A model generated the notes under the pieces. That model was not told where the DNA came from. It ran no database searches and was given only the letters and a program-made list of their open reading frames with translations. Made by a program: the position numbers and the translations under genes. A DNA stretch of 64,000 bases. It comes from Tubulanus polymorphus. Taxonomy: Eukaryota > Animalia > Nemertea. Location: positions 2,976,001 to 3,040,000 of the forward strand of contig NC_134036.1 of the NCBI RefSeq assembly GCF_964204645.1, in the 5' to 3' direction. Below are positions 34,201 to 47,420 of the stretch, piece by piece (within the stretch, counting starts at the first letter, position 1; each line of letters begins with the position of its first letter).

Positions 34201-37200
34201 CTTCAAACCATCCTCTCCCGCATCCGTTTTAGTATCGGCCTCGCTATCATCCCCTTTCTTTTTCCGTCGCCCGCGGCGCCGCCGACGTTTTTTCGTAACG
34301 CCGCTATTCGGATCACCTCCAGGTGGCGCTACCTCGTCGCACGCTCCAGTGTCTGTATTATTACCCGAAATGACGCCATCTGGTGGAATGTTTGTCATAT
34401 CATGAACGGCTGGTTTCGGCGGAGGCTTCGCGACGAGTTGCGCATACGTCAGCGGAGTCGGAGCAACTGGTGGCTCCGAAGAAACCCGCCGTGCAGCGAC
34501 GCTCGGAGGGGTTACTCCGGTCGTAATCTCAAAACTCGTCTCGCTCTCTCCGACTGACATCGAAAATATCGCGCTTTCGTACGACGACCGTACGCTGACT
34601 GGCGCGTCGCGAGTCGAGTCTAAAACGTCTAATGGAACGGCGTGAGTTCCGTTCGATATCTGATTGCGTCGATGTAACGGACTGCTGTAACCGCTGTCCG
34701 AATCGACCTCTTCCTCCTCCGTCGACGTCTCACCTTTCGAGCGTCGGTATTTCGTAGCGCTTGTTGTTATTTTATCGTCGCGCGACGACCCACGATTCGG
34801 ATAATCGGCTAACGTCAAATTGGCAATCTCATCCGGAAAATCTGTAAACAATGAATCAATATTCCTTGTTTTAATGAAGTTTGCGAATACATCAATAGAT
34901 CTCTATTTTTAGAAGCGAATGAATACCTGAACAAAAGGAAAATTTTTCTTTCTCAAAGTCATGATTTTAGCTGAACCGAGGGAATTGTATCTACAGTTAC
35001 TAGAGTTGTCAAAACTCAGGGGTCTATTTTGAAGTTCATAATTGGTCATAGCTCTTAAGATTGGTCTTGTTTAGTGGGCAAAGATCAAATTTGATGGTAT
35101 TAAACTGGGCTTAATCAAATTTATGCAATGACTATCAGTGCTACTACTGGGCCCTGTGTTTTAGATGATTGGATTTGATTCAATATCTGTGCTCCTTGAG
35201 TCTGCTAGTGGCTCCCCCTACTAACCTGTTTGAATGGCTATATCGACGTAAATCAGCGTGCGACCACGAGGGCGCGCCACCTGCTGGTCTCCGTGTACAG
35301 CAGTGATCGGTTCGTTTTGTATACCAATGCTCGTTTTACCAGCCCTGTTACCAACTCCGCCGTTGCTGAGCTGGACGTTCCTCGATTGGCAACTTTTACG
35401 CTAAAAAAAAAATAAAACAGAATACACAGGTCACCTTAACTGTATCCATGAAGGAATCGTGAATCGAAAATCAATCTTTCTCCTAATAATTGGTCCGGCT
35501 GGTTTCATAGGTCCGGGTATCAAAGCTATTCTAAGGGATAAATCTTCAACCCGCGTGACAACCACCATGAGAAACCGTAGTAATTAACTTTAACTAACAA
35601 ATTTCAATAGGCTACTTTCCACCCATTAACAAATCACCTCAGTTTTCCCTGATTACACAAAATTCCTGGAGTGAATCATAGTAATTTCTAGGTTTAAATT
35701 GTTACAAAATGCTCCCAGGAATTATTTTCCCCCACTAAGCTCAGTCCGAATATGAATGAACTTACGTTAATCCCGCGTTGTGAGGTACCACCGCGAGAGG
35801 AGCGTGCACCACCCGAGCGACTACGACCGTCCGAACTGCTGCTGTTTTTACGTTCACGTCCGCCCGCGATGTATCCACCCGGGAACGCTGCCGCGTAAAT
35901 CTCAGCCGGGGTCGCCGCATATGCGACCCATTGTGCGGCCGCCCCTGTCGGACTCAAAGCCGGAATACCGTCGACTGGAATCGGCGCAAGAGCCGCGTTT
36001 ACCGGGAATGATGCCGAACTGACAATATGTGGAGAAGGGGTACCTGAAAAACAAAAGTAAGGGTCGTCATTAGTAACTAATCACTGATTTTACAGAACCA
36101 TGGAAGTTATAGAGAATGAGAAGGTCGACATTGGTAATTTTACTGAATCATTGAAGTTATTGAGAATGAGAAGGTCGCCATTAGTACCTAATCATAATAT
36201 TACTGAATCGTTGAAGTTATTGAGTATGAGAAGGTTGCCATTAGTAACAAATCATAATTTTACTGAATTGTTTTTAATGATGTACCTTGAATGAATGGTG
36301 TTGGAGGTTGTATCATCGGTGCTAACTGCGTCCGAGGAGTAAACCTCGGCGATTGACTCGGTAGTACGGGAATACGATTGCGATACCGCGGCCGGCCACC
36401 AGGTGGCATATTCTGAGCCCCTGCATTCGGTATGCCGTTTACTCGATGAAAGTGAATTCGAGGATTTTGTCTGAAAAAAAAGAAGAAGATGAATTTTTGC
36501 GAGATACCGGTAACTGAGAAAAAATAAATGTCTATCATTTATGTTCTGACCGAAATTTCATGGGTAGAGACTCTACTATGGGGTACTAGGGGTTTATTTA
36601 TTAGCAGAAGACTGTCCGCTTTCATTATAGTTCGTATCTAGTGGAATAGGTGTCACCACATACACGCAACATCAAAAATAAGCCAACGCCATCTGTTACA
36701 CGTCGTGCACAATTATATGGGAGTGAAAAGGTTATCAAGGACGCCTCGATTGACACAAGGACAGTTAAGGACAAGGTCAAGTCTACCTCTACTCTGAATA
36801 CAAGACAATACGTTGGTTCCCCTTATTTGGAATAATATACAGCTGGAAAGTTATCTAAATGAATGCGCATTGAATACTTACAGATTTTGACTGCTATTTA
36901 GTATTGTTGCATCTCCTTGAACAAACGGGTAACAGTTCGTCATGTAACTGGGTAATTCATTTAAACATTGTTGCTGCACCTCCTCGACCGCACTGTTACT
37001 GTTAGTCGCTGTTTCACGAGGAACAAACGCCTGAGCTTCAGCTGAGAGGGTACTCTAAAAACATACCAGATACCGGTTCGAAAATAGTTAGGAAGTCTTA
37101 AGGTTGAAATACATGGAAAAGTCAAGCCTAAATCAAATGGCCTAGGGGCCTAGTCCTTTAAGAAGAATGTCCAGTTAGGCTGCTATAGCCTATAGGCCTG

Positions 37201-37699
37201 AATGTCTGTAATTTTACCAATGCTTGGCCAAATGCAGGGAATGAAATAGGCATAGGAATTCAGTAACACCTTCTTGTCCTGAGCCACATTAAAGTGTATC
37301 TAGGCCTACTTGTCAATCCTAACTAGGTCTACTAGGCCGTAAAAACAAAGATATACTTTCGGATAGGCCTTTCGCTTTAAGGCAAATCGTTTATGTAAGT
37401 TAGGCCCATCGGATCCTTCAAATCAATAGGATTGTAGTAGGCATTACTGTCAGATTAAAGCCAATATATCCATAATGATGCTAATAATTTGGTGACCTAC
37501 GATGTCGTCATCATCATGTTTACATTAGGCTTATCATGATACGTATGTTTACACGACAGAGAGACAAGTTACTACGTAGTAACCTGAACAACCTGCTGTC
37601 GTAGACGTAGACTAGAGATTCCAGGTCTAAGAACATCCAGTTCAAACGACAACGACTTACCAGCCCTCCTCGATCAGCTACTGTCACTTTCTCTGTCAT
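28285..37699 (-). CDS. SECISBP2L: SECIS-binding protein 2 family, SBP2L type, ~1278 aa, 15 exons: 37699-37661, 37054-36882, 36470-36286, 36043-35766, 35400-35226, 34841-34003, 33892-33796, 33458-33178, 32808-32740, 32480-32240, 31876-31687, 31192-31087, 30702-30588, 30147-29993, 29178-28285
   Basis: All introns are GT-AG and phase-compatible (3837 nt total). PAM2-like STLSAEAQAFVP; LPSYMTNCYPFVQ; SID LDSTAPAKRGKERELPKHKKPSTLKKVILKERE; KIHSRRFREYCNQ; L7Ae domain LVRFQDR...KRRIVLGLREVTKHL...GGLDEAL...VPFVFALGRRALG...PVSVAGIFNYEG. Exon 1 is the least certain. Confidence 0.95.
36058..36270 (+). repeat. Degenerate copies of the 60-bp minisatellite in intron 3 of the SBP2L gene
   Basis: Reverse complement of the 45900-46400 unit. 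Confidence 0.8.
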
Positions 37700-40600
37700 T
37701 ATCACCTATCCGGATCCATCGGACCGTCAATTGTGGCAAATAAGTTAAAATTCACCCTAAATAGCGATGGTTTTCCTGGTTTTTCGGGTTTATTCGACCG
37801 GAAACTGATCAAGCAGTGCGTCAGGGATTTCGCCGCCTCGTCGAGCAGCTAACTCGCAAACCGCTCGCTGAAACGACGTCGACAAGGCACGAGCAACCTC
37901 GATTTTGACCCATACGCCTACACACATCCGCGTGGTTAACACGACGGCATACTTAATATTTAGCGTATTAGTTATTTTTCGCTATTTGATTTTTTTAAAA
38001 GGTATTTTTATTTTCGTTTTCCATGCATTTAAGCATATGCAAATTTTATGCAAATTCGGCTACTGATCGGGGTTGACTTGAGTAGAGAGCATTTGTGAAT
38101 TTTTCGTATATGTTCGATGATTTCTAAGCATTTCTAGATAAAACTTTGAAAACTGATAACTGGTTTCCATCGTTCCAATATTCTATTCCATTGTGCATGA
38201 TTATAACCACGACCGTAAGCAAAAAGACTCATTCATTTCACTACAATTCCACAAGATGGCGCCGGGTGTAGTATGAAGAAACGACTACAAGAGCTGATAA
38301 ACATGGTCAAAGAATCTCAAAGAATGAAGGGAAATTACAGCATAGCAAAATATATGTTACATTTATGATTTTACGATATTCAAACTTGAATTTGGTTACG
38401 AAAAATAATGACAAATATGTATCAGTATTTACCCGACGAACTCAAGGGTAGGCTCGCACAAATTATAATCTGTAGCTACAAATTAGATGCCAATAAATTT
38501 AGCAACGTTTTTGTACATATTGCAATCGTGTAACAGACCCGCAACGTAAACGGTTTGCGGCCAGGTTTGCGTGAGCTTCGGCGAGATGCAATCAAATCCT
38601 GACTAGCGAGGATGCAGTATGACCGGATTTTATGCACGATGTCGATTTTATCACGTCATCAAAGCTTTCGCCGTAAGAACCTTTGAAACTGATGGCGGTC
38701 GCCGCGTTCTTGTTGTTATTGTTAATACAAATCGAGAATAAATCAATCGTGCTTTGTCGCCCGGCCCATCCATCACTTAACTGCGCGCACTTAATGGGAC
38801 TTAGATTAAACGACGATCTAACTCTCTGTCTCTCTGTCGCTATTCCTGGAATATTCGCTGTTAATGACCACGGCATCCCAGGAGTGGTTGCCCTGTTCAG
38901 TCGCCCGCGCTAATCTGTACCTCTTGTCCGCGCGTGTAAATGTACTTAAACTACATCTGCATCGGAGGCTCAACAGGCCAGAAGCGCATTTGGTTTAATA
39001 TGGAATTCATTGTGATGGTCTGGCAGATTTTGCCTCTCATCTCTCCGCGCGCTCTTCGTCTCGATGCGAGTGGGCATACTCTTGGGATTTGCATACTCAG
39101 CCGCTTAATATAAATACTCGAATTCGCGTCTATCAGCTGAATGGAATATTTACTGAATATGGCCTGGTTATTGATGGAGGTAATTCCCCCTCTCCCAGTC
39201 GCCATTCTTGCCTTACGATAAGACTTACAGTGGCGGATCCAGGGGTGTCCGTGGGGTCCGGATACCCCTTCCCTAGAATGTTGAAATCCCTTAGAATGCT
39301 ATCCTAAATTATTCCGTTCTGAATAATTTGCGAAGAAAGATCAAACTTAAGGAATTAAGTTTTAACTGGTGAAAAAATACCAAAATTATGTTGTGGCAAT
39401 GATACCTACTCTCTTAAGTGGACACATCCCTTTCCGTTTGCACTGGGACCGCCACCAGCTTACCACTTCTTCGTGTTACTACTACGGACTTTGGTCCTGG
39501 AGTCATCTGTCCCTATCCTGATGTTATTAAACCTATCGGAGTGTAATTCTTTTCAGATGTTCTCTAGGACAACATTGTCGACCTATCAACAATGACGTAA
39601 TAAACGATTGTTACCACGTGCAACAAGTCAACAAGTATCTCCGAGAAAAAGATGTAGAAAATGAGCCGGAATTTGCAATGGCTTTGCTCTTCTTGATCCT
39701 CTCCCCCCTGATATGCACTGATATAATATACTAGGCCTACTTTGTCGCTTTGCTCTCGCGAGGTATGGTAAAGCCCCACCCTTGAATATGCCTTATTCTT
39801 GCCCCCCCCCCCCCCCGACTATAAGATGGTTATTCGTTGTGGCGTTATCCTTGGTGTAGGTGTAGTTTGCCCTCCTCTCTGTGCGCGGCAATCTATGCCG
39901 TACTGTGTGAGATTGCCACTTGTCCCTTAGGAAAAGTCCCTTCCAAGGATTAATATTCAATTCCCAGCGAAAAATACGAACAAGCCGAACCTCTCCCTAA
40001 GGACAAGTTCGAATAAGTTATATCGTGGCCTTGCTCTCGAATGATGGCGGGTTTCCTACCCCCGGGGATTCTAAGAATGTATGGCCTCATTGCAGTGTGG
40101 TTGACTTGTTCTTGAGTAATGATAGGTCCAGTTTCCCAAGTGATTAGTATATCTTAATTGTATGTCCTTATGTATACTGCATGGCTTTGTTCCTTTATCT
40201 TGAGTTTCGCTAAAACCCCTTGAGATTTGCGAATCGTACGACCTTATGGCTCAATTCACTCTGACCCTTGAAATCCTGATTGGCCATAACGCTTAAGACC
40301 TTGTCCTGTAAGCGGTTGTTCCGGGGACGCCCGGTCGCGAAGGGCTTTTCGCCACCCTCGTAAATGTAACGAGCACTTTTAACTCGTACATGCAGGCTTA
40401 TGACGCGGGTATAAACTGCTTCTTAGCCTGAAGATACCGTCAAGATATAATCAAGTTTGATGCGAGGTTTTGGTCGTGTCTTAAATATTGGTCAGAAACC
40501 AAATTTTCTTTTTAGGTTAAGAATAGGGTAAAGCCTTGTCTGAGACAATCTTATTTGTACGAGACTTAAGAGTTAGGCCAGCTGTATAATGGGAAATGCA

Positions 40601-41379
40601 AAATTACCTTAGTGAATACCGGTAGCTTGGACGTGCGATGAGAGAAAACTGACAGAATAAGATGGAATATATAATTCAGGTATACCTTGACAGCTCCACG
40701 CCATCATATTCCCTTTGAGACCTCGCATGCATCAATCAGTCAATTGTTGTGATATTTCGCCCTCTCGGGATCCGCACGAGGTCAAACTCCGCGATCGCTC
40801 AACCTAAAACACAGAGCACAGCGTTGATAATGTTGTGAATAATGCATCATGCGATGCATGAACTGAAACTGCATCAAAATAGAGATAAACTCAACAACTG
40901 AAATATTAGATTTTGGATCCAGAATACGACATTATTCAGTCTGGTTTATTTCTGCACTCGTGATTAGTTGAGTATGGGTTCAGTTTTACTTTGGATCCAG
41001 TACTACCAACCAGTGTGGGTTTAGTTTGATTCTGGATCCAGTTCCACAGTTGTGTGCGTTTAATTTGACCTGTACCCAGTTCTACAGTTATGTGGGTTTA
41101 TTTTGACTCAGCATCCACAGTTGTGTTTATGTTAGATTTGTCTATGGACTCAGTTCCACAGTTGTGTAGGTTTAGTTTGACACTGGATTCAGTTCCATGG
41201 TTGTGCAGGTCTAATTTGACTCTGGATCCAGTTTCACAGTTCAGTGAGTTAAATCATATTCGAAATGAAACACTCGGAAATGGTTCTCAGATAAACATGT
41301 CGACGGACTGGAGAGATAGACGTATTGCTACCCGATTACTCGATCGAGGACACGCTGTTTAGAGACGGTTTCTCACCCG

Positions 41380-41791
41380 ATCGCGCGGCGCTGCGCGTAT
41401 TGAAAATATCGTCTCGGCGAATCTGTCGCCGCATCCCGTAACAGCTGTGCGCGGTGCCGGAGACTCGATCGTCTGTTCGGTGTCGCTGTTAGCGGAAAGA
41501 GAAGAATATCCTGTGACTGCGCGCGCGAGCGACACGCATTATTACCGACGTCGCCACCGACGCGCTGGTTTTCAAACAGTCACAGATTGAGGGAGATTTA
41601 GTTGTTATTTACAATTTAACGCTGCTGTTTGTGCGGGAAAAAAACGCACGTAGTTCAGTAGGAATTGTATACGGGACGTGCCAGCTGGACTTAATAGTTT
41701 TTCCAAGGATTAAATATTCAAGTCCTCGAGAAATTGAAAAACAAAGCAAGATAGAATCAGATATATCCGTATATACTCCCAGCAGCACCCA
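41380..41791 (+). promoter_or_regulatory. CpG-rich putative promoter and non-coding first exon (donor CCCA|GTAAGT at 41792)
   Basis: Local CpG enrichment followed by a consensus donor. The link to the 59554 exon is inferred. Confidence 0.3.
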
Positions 41792-44700
41792 GTAAGTACC
41801 GGAGTTTTCAATTTCGTTTTTTTTCATCCATATATATAATCACTTCCTTTTAAAACACGTGTGAATATATATTAGTTTTTTGTCTTCTTGACTTTAAACT
41901 TTGGAAAATTCTCGGAGATTATTAGAAAAAGATGTTGATGTCCGGACGGAGGTTTTACTATTATTTGCCTGAATTTGACTTCTGTCAAAATGACTTAATT
42001 CAGTAAATAGCGATGTTGACTATTCGGCCCCTCCAACGATAGAACATCGACTGGCAGCGACATTTTTTGGGTTATTTCAAGCCTATCGAAGTACTGGAAC
42101 TTTAAAAGAAAACTTGCAAAGCCTCACAACGACCAAGCGAAAGTTTGGTACCACAGCTACGAAAACTTTAACCAGAGATCATGAGTTCATGCACACATTT
42201 TCACCTAATGTTCAAATATATCTAAGTCTTTAAATGGAATATAAATATCGCCTTATTCATTTTCTAGAAGAAAACAAGAAATGAATTATTACTATAAGTT
42301 TATCATTTTTTTGCAAAATCCCATTATGAGATTTTATTTTTAATGCCACCTTCATGACCCCTCCACCTCCAGGGACTACATGATAATACGAAGACAATTA
42401 ATCGATTTGAACTATAATCCTTGGCTATCAGATATAACAAGACGCTGCGGCCGCCGCACCGGTACCGAGGGATAAATCGGGTGTTACATTTCTTTATTTC
42501 TATACCTAAGTAGCGTACGAATAGATGCGTCCCGAGGGTAACTAGGGCTTCATTTACTGTTCAAACACTCGACTCTATACAAGTGGTTCTATAGTTTTTG
42601 GTCTCTTGATACCAACAAAAAGGCTAAAAACCTATTTGGGAAATTGGCTACTAAGGATGTGGCTATCGCATCCATTGAAGTAGACTCCGCCACAATATAC
42701 TCGGTACTTATAGGACTATTCCGACCTGAGAATTGGGAAAATTGAAAGTTTTATAACAAGGATTATAATAAAATTCACTTATTTGGGCGATACCAAGCAA
42801 GAATCATGGACTCGAATTTAGAGTCCACGCCATGAACCTATGTGGCTAAGGTATCTATATGTCCCAATCGCTTGAGGACGGATTCACCAAGAGAACCGTT
42901 GTATCACCGATAGCCGATGTAGTTGTGGCCTCTACACTCCTGCGAGGTTCGACCGCGAATCTATATTTCCTACATGAACCAATGTGGTGGTCCTTTCCAC
43001 TTTCTCACAGTGGGTTGGTGTTTATTGAAACTTCCACAGTGGTGTCTGCGGAAATGATCTTCTTTCGGTTTCAAACTTGTTGGCACCATGCGGCTAAGTG
43101 TATGACATTTTTATTTCTCATTTGTGTTGCTACCGAAGTCAGATAGGACGTTTACCGACTTTAAATCGGATACTTTTTCTAAATTTCTGTTTCATAATTG
43201 TTAATTGGTTCATGTACTACCAACTCTACAATATTTTCATTTCCCAAATTGTTGTTGTTGCTGATGACATTCACCGCTATAAGATACTTTTTCAATTTTC
43301 AAAGGGAACGAACGATTCTCTGTTGTACAGAGATAGAAAGAACTTTCCAATTTTCAAAGAGAAAATTAAGCATATTACAAGAAAATACGGTGCTGTCTGC
43401 GCTGTTTAAGACGCCAGAAAGCGCGGAAGGCGAATCTAAAGACACCGTATTATAAACTGCCCTAATACGGTTTGCGTTTGAATACGAGCAGAGCTGCTGC
43501 TGCTGCTGCTACTGTAGACTTCTACATCTCGTTTAATATGAATGCCTGTGTAAATCAAAGTCACGATTAAATTGCTCTTTGAGGCAACAACTCAATTTCT
43601 GTTCTTCAACTTCAGTTTATTAATTGCAAACGAGATTTTGCATCAAGCCGGGCGTATTATGTAAATGCGTGTGTTACGATTGAAGCCGTGTGCGCACCGG
43701 GGGAGTGTGCGCTGTCGAGTGTGTGCGTGTAGGAATGAACACTGCAGAAGATCTACAATCTTATTTCGTATGCGAAAGATTGTGAAACAAGAAAGTTTAT
43801 TTTAGAAAAATAATACATTCCTATATTGCTTATCGACAATATGATGACAACGTCAAAAAAGAAAAAACAAACAAGATATTAGAATTGAATTTATGACAAC
43901 TCTGATGCTTTCGTTAAGGTTCATAACGTGACTGGTAAAATTATGCAAATCTATAACGGAAATTATCTAATAATACAAAATTTCTCCACGATGCAATTTG
44001 TCTTAAAAATCATGCCATATATTAAATAATTTTTTTTTCTTATTTGCCACAAAAGATGCATGTTTGATGATCCTAAAATCTCACGATGCAATTTTGTGTA
44101 TGTGCGCCAAGAAATCGTAATTTTTGTAAAGCAATGAACTTGAACTGATTCGAAGTCTACAAATCTAATTCTATACATGTATATACAAAAAAAAAACATT
44201 TTTCAAAATGAATGTCAGCCACCGAAGTATTTGCGATAGAGAGGGAAATATCAGGCATTCCGATAAATCGTGTCTATTAAACGCGGCGATACTTTAAGAA
44301 TTCTCAAAGGTCATTTTTCATCATTTAGGAAAAATGCAATCGCGCTTAACATCTGGCGTCAGCGTATAGAAGCCATTATACAGACGCACTCACACACACA
44401 CTATGTAAACAAACGTTTTCCAATTTACCTACGCTTTATTTAACATGTCAGACACAAAAACAATACGCATGGATTATAATTTATTCGCGTACGCGTTTGA
44501 AACGTTTTTAATAAGGATTCCCGGTGCGGCAGCGGCAGCGGCCGGTGTGGAGAGAGGGAGCCCCATCTATCAATCCGGAAAATATTCTAATATTCTCAAT
44601 ATCAAACGCGGAACAATTGCGCACATTCAATCTGCTGCAGCCGCGCCGCCCGGGCATTCAATATTTCATAGCTATTCTTCTGACCGCCTATAGGCTTCAC

Positions 44701-45894
44701 ACATTGAGACATCTTAAATTGGAAATAAACTACAAACACCAGACATTAGAGACATTTTATCTGCGCGCTTTCAAAACTGATCGTCACATGTGTTCTGCGC
44801 TTCACCTGAGACATTTTTAATTGAAAATGAACTACAAACAACAGACATTAGACATTCTATCAGCACCTCTTTTAATTGGAAATGAAACAACAATGGACTA
44901 CAAATACCATAGAACAAACCACGTCTTTCAAAAGGCGAACGACTGGATTTCACATATTGTGTAAAAAAAGGACTTCAGCGCTTCACGTGAGATGTGTATT
45001 TTTGATCAAAACTGTGAACTACAAACACCTGACATTTCATCAGCACCGTTTTCAAAAGTGACTTCAGGACTTCCCTTGAGACATATGTATCTGCAAATTT
45101 ATCTAATTGTATTTAAACAAATGAAAACTACCCAGACAGGAGACATTTCTTCAGCGGAGTCCTTACTGGGTAATAAACTGATGATGAATTCAACAAACAC
45201 AGGTGTGTAGTGCAGTTTACCGGCGGACTTATCGATCGATCTACACTTTCCCACCTTACCGAATGAAGGTGGGAATCATTTGGTACGAGGCCAACTAGAG
45301 TTTTTGAATACTAGGCGGAGATAACTACGTATTTTATTTCCAACTATTGATATTGTATCGTAGTGAATTCTTTTTTTTACATCAGACGACCATGGAATAA
45401 ACAGAACACACAAAAAAAAACGTTTCGCACAAACCACCTCAAAGGGACGGCCGGTAACTTGTTGGCGCTGAAGGGCGACGAAAAATACAAGGGGTGTGTT
45501 TAGTGTTGACTACGCAAACCGTTTAGGCGTAAAATTACGGCGCGTGTTAAAAACTATAAATACAGGATCAGAAGGTAATATTCGACACTTTACCGCGTGG
45601 TACGGTAAATTCAGGTCGATTCTATGTATTTGATAATTTGTACGCATGAAATTCAGCGATGGGGTAAAATCTATAACGTTCGTATTCGTTATTTTGCCAA
45701 TAAAATCGTTTTTCTATCGTGTACGTATGTAATCAGCACTAACAGAGCAAACGCCTCCATCCTGGAAAAAATCCATTTATCCATTTGAAGGCGCCGAGAA
45801 AAAATGAACAGTTATCAGAGTTCATTCAGAGTACAGTTTGAAATGTGAATTTAAATGGAACATTCTAAAACCAAAATCTTTTCATGAATGATAT

Positions 45895-46420
45895 ACTTCT
45901 ATTCTCAATGACTTCAACGATTCAGTAGAATTATGATTAGTTACTGATGACGACCTTCTCATTCTCGATAACTTCAACGATTCAGTAAAATTATGATTAA
46001 TTACTAGTGACGACCTTCTCATTCTCAATGACTTCAACGATTCAGTAAAATTATGATTAGTTACTAATGACGACCTTCTCATTCTCAATGACTTCAACGA
46101 TTCAGTAAAATTATGATTAGTTACTAGTGACGACCTTCTCATTCTCGATAACTTCAACGATTCAGTAAAATTATGATTTGTTACTAGTGACGACCTTCTC
46201 ATTCTCAATAACTTCAACGATTCAGTAAAATTATGATTAGTTACTAATGGCGACCTTCTCATTCTCAATGACTTCAACGATTCAGTAAAATTATGATTAG
46301 TTACTAATGACGACCTTCTCATTCTCAATGACTTCAACGATTCAGCAGAATTATGATTAGTTACTAGTTACTCATTCTCTATGACTTCACTGAATCAGTC
46401 AAATCCTAATTACTTATGAT
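45895..46420. repeat. 60-bp minisatellite, ~8 copies
   Basis: ATTCTCAATGACTTCAACGATTCAGTAAAATTATGATTAGTTACTAATGACGACCTTCTC repeats in register on consecutive 60-nt lines. Confidence 0.95.
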
Positions 46421-47387
46421 GACACAATAGAAATCGTGTGGATAAGATTGTTGAGCGTACGTTTTTTTTTCGCCGGCATTACAGAGTGTAAGCTCACCGC
46501 CCTCATCTTCTCCACCTCCGATTTCTATGCGACGTTGGTCGTTTTTCTGAAGCACCGCGGAAAAATGTTTGACTAAAAAAAACAGTCGAGAGCGCGAACT
46601 GTCTGAAAATCAATATTTGCCTGTTGAAACTAACAGACACAATGATCATTTGTGAGTTTGCGTGACATGAGAACTAAGCAAGCCGGCACGATGTCTACCG
46701 ATGTTAAAGAGGATTTTAAGCTTTAGTACAAGCGAGAAATAGATTTTAAGCCAATTGCGCGTCACATTGGTATAAATTGAAATTTAAACGTACTGTATTC
46801 TATGATACCGACGACACACCTGTGTCAGCTGATGGGTTTTTTTATTGAATATCATAACGGTTACCGTCGTAATGAGGGCTGTAAATCAGTTCTTAAGAAT
46901 TGCGGTACAGGGGTCAGTTACTGAAAGGTTCTTAAATGAAAGGTTCTTTCTTAATATACAAGGACCGGTTACTCGTGGAAGGTTGTCAATCAGTTTTTTA
47001 AATATCACAGTACAGGAACCAGTTGCGTAATGTTAGCTAATGTATGAATACATACCATCGAACTGACAATAAGCTATTGAATTATTTGAATGATCGAGTG
47101 GAAAAAATATTTCAAAATACTTTTTCCAATTTCGAAAAACCGCGTTCTAGACAAATCATTCACTACAGCTTAGCGCCAGTATATCAGTACCTGACACTTT
47201 TCACTATTTCGTTGTAAGGCTTACGTACGCACACAGAAGATATCATTATCGCATCATTAACCAAACAGGGATTGTTTTAGCACCTCACTATCAAATCTAC
47301 GATATTACAACATTAGTAATGCGTTACGACTGTACATATATTGTTGTATACAATTATCTTTATTTAGTCCATCGTCATTATCATTGT

Positions 47388-47420
<33 letters not shown>

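Noticed and set aside
37501-37525. Alternative SBP2L first exon ending at the GTAGGT donor
   Set aside because: The phase-0 frame has an upstream stop and no ATG. The 37699-37661 exon has an ATG, the correct phase and GTAAGT.
45882-46337. 151-aa repetitive ORF; possible CRISPR-like array
   Set aside because: Pure 60-bp tandem repeat with no unique spacers, also found in an SBP2L intron; eukaryotic context.
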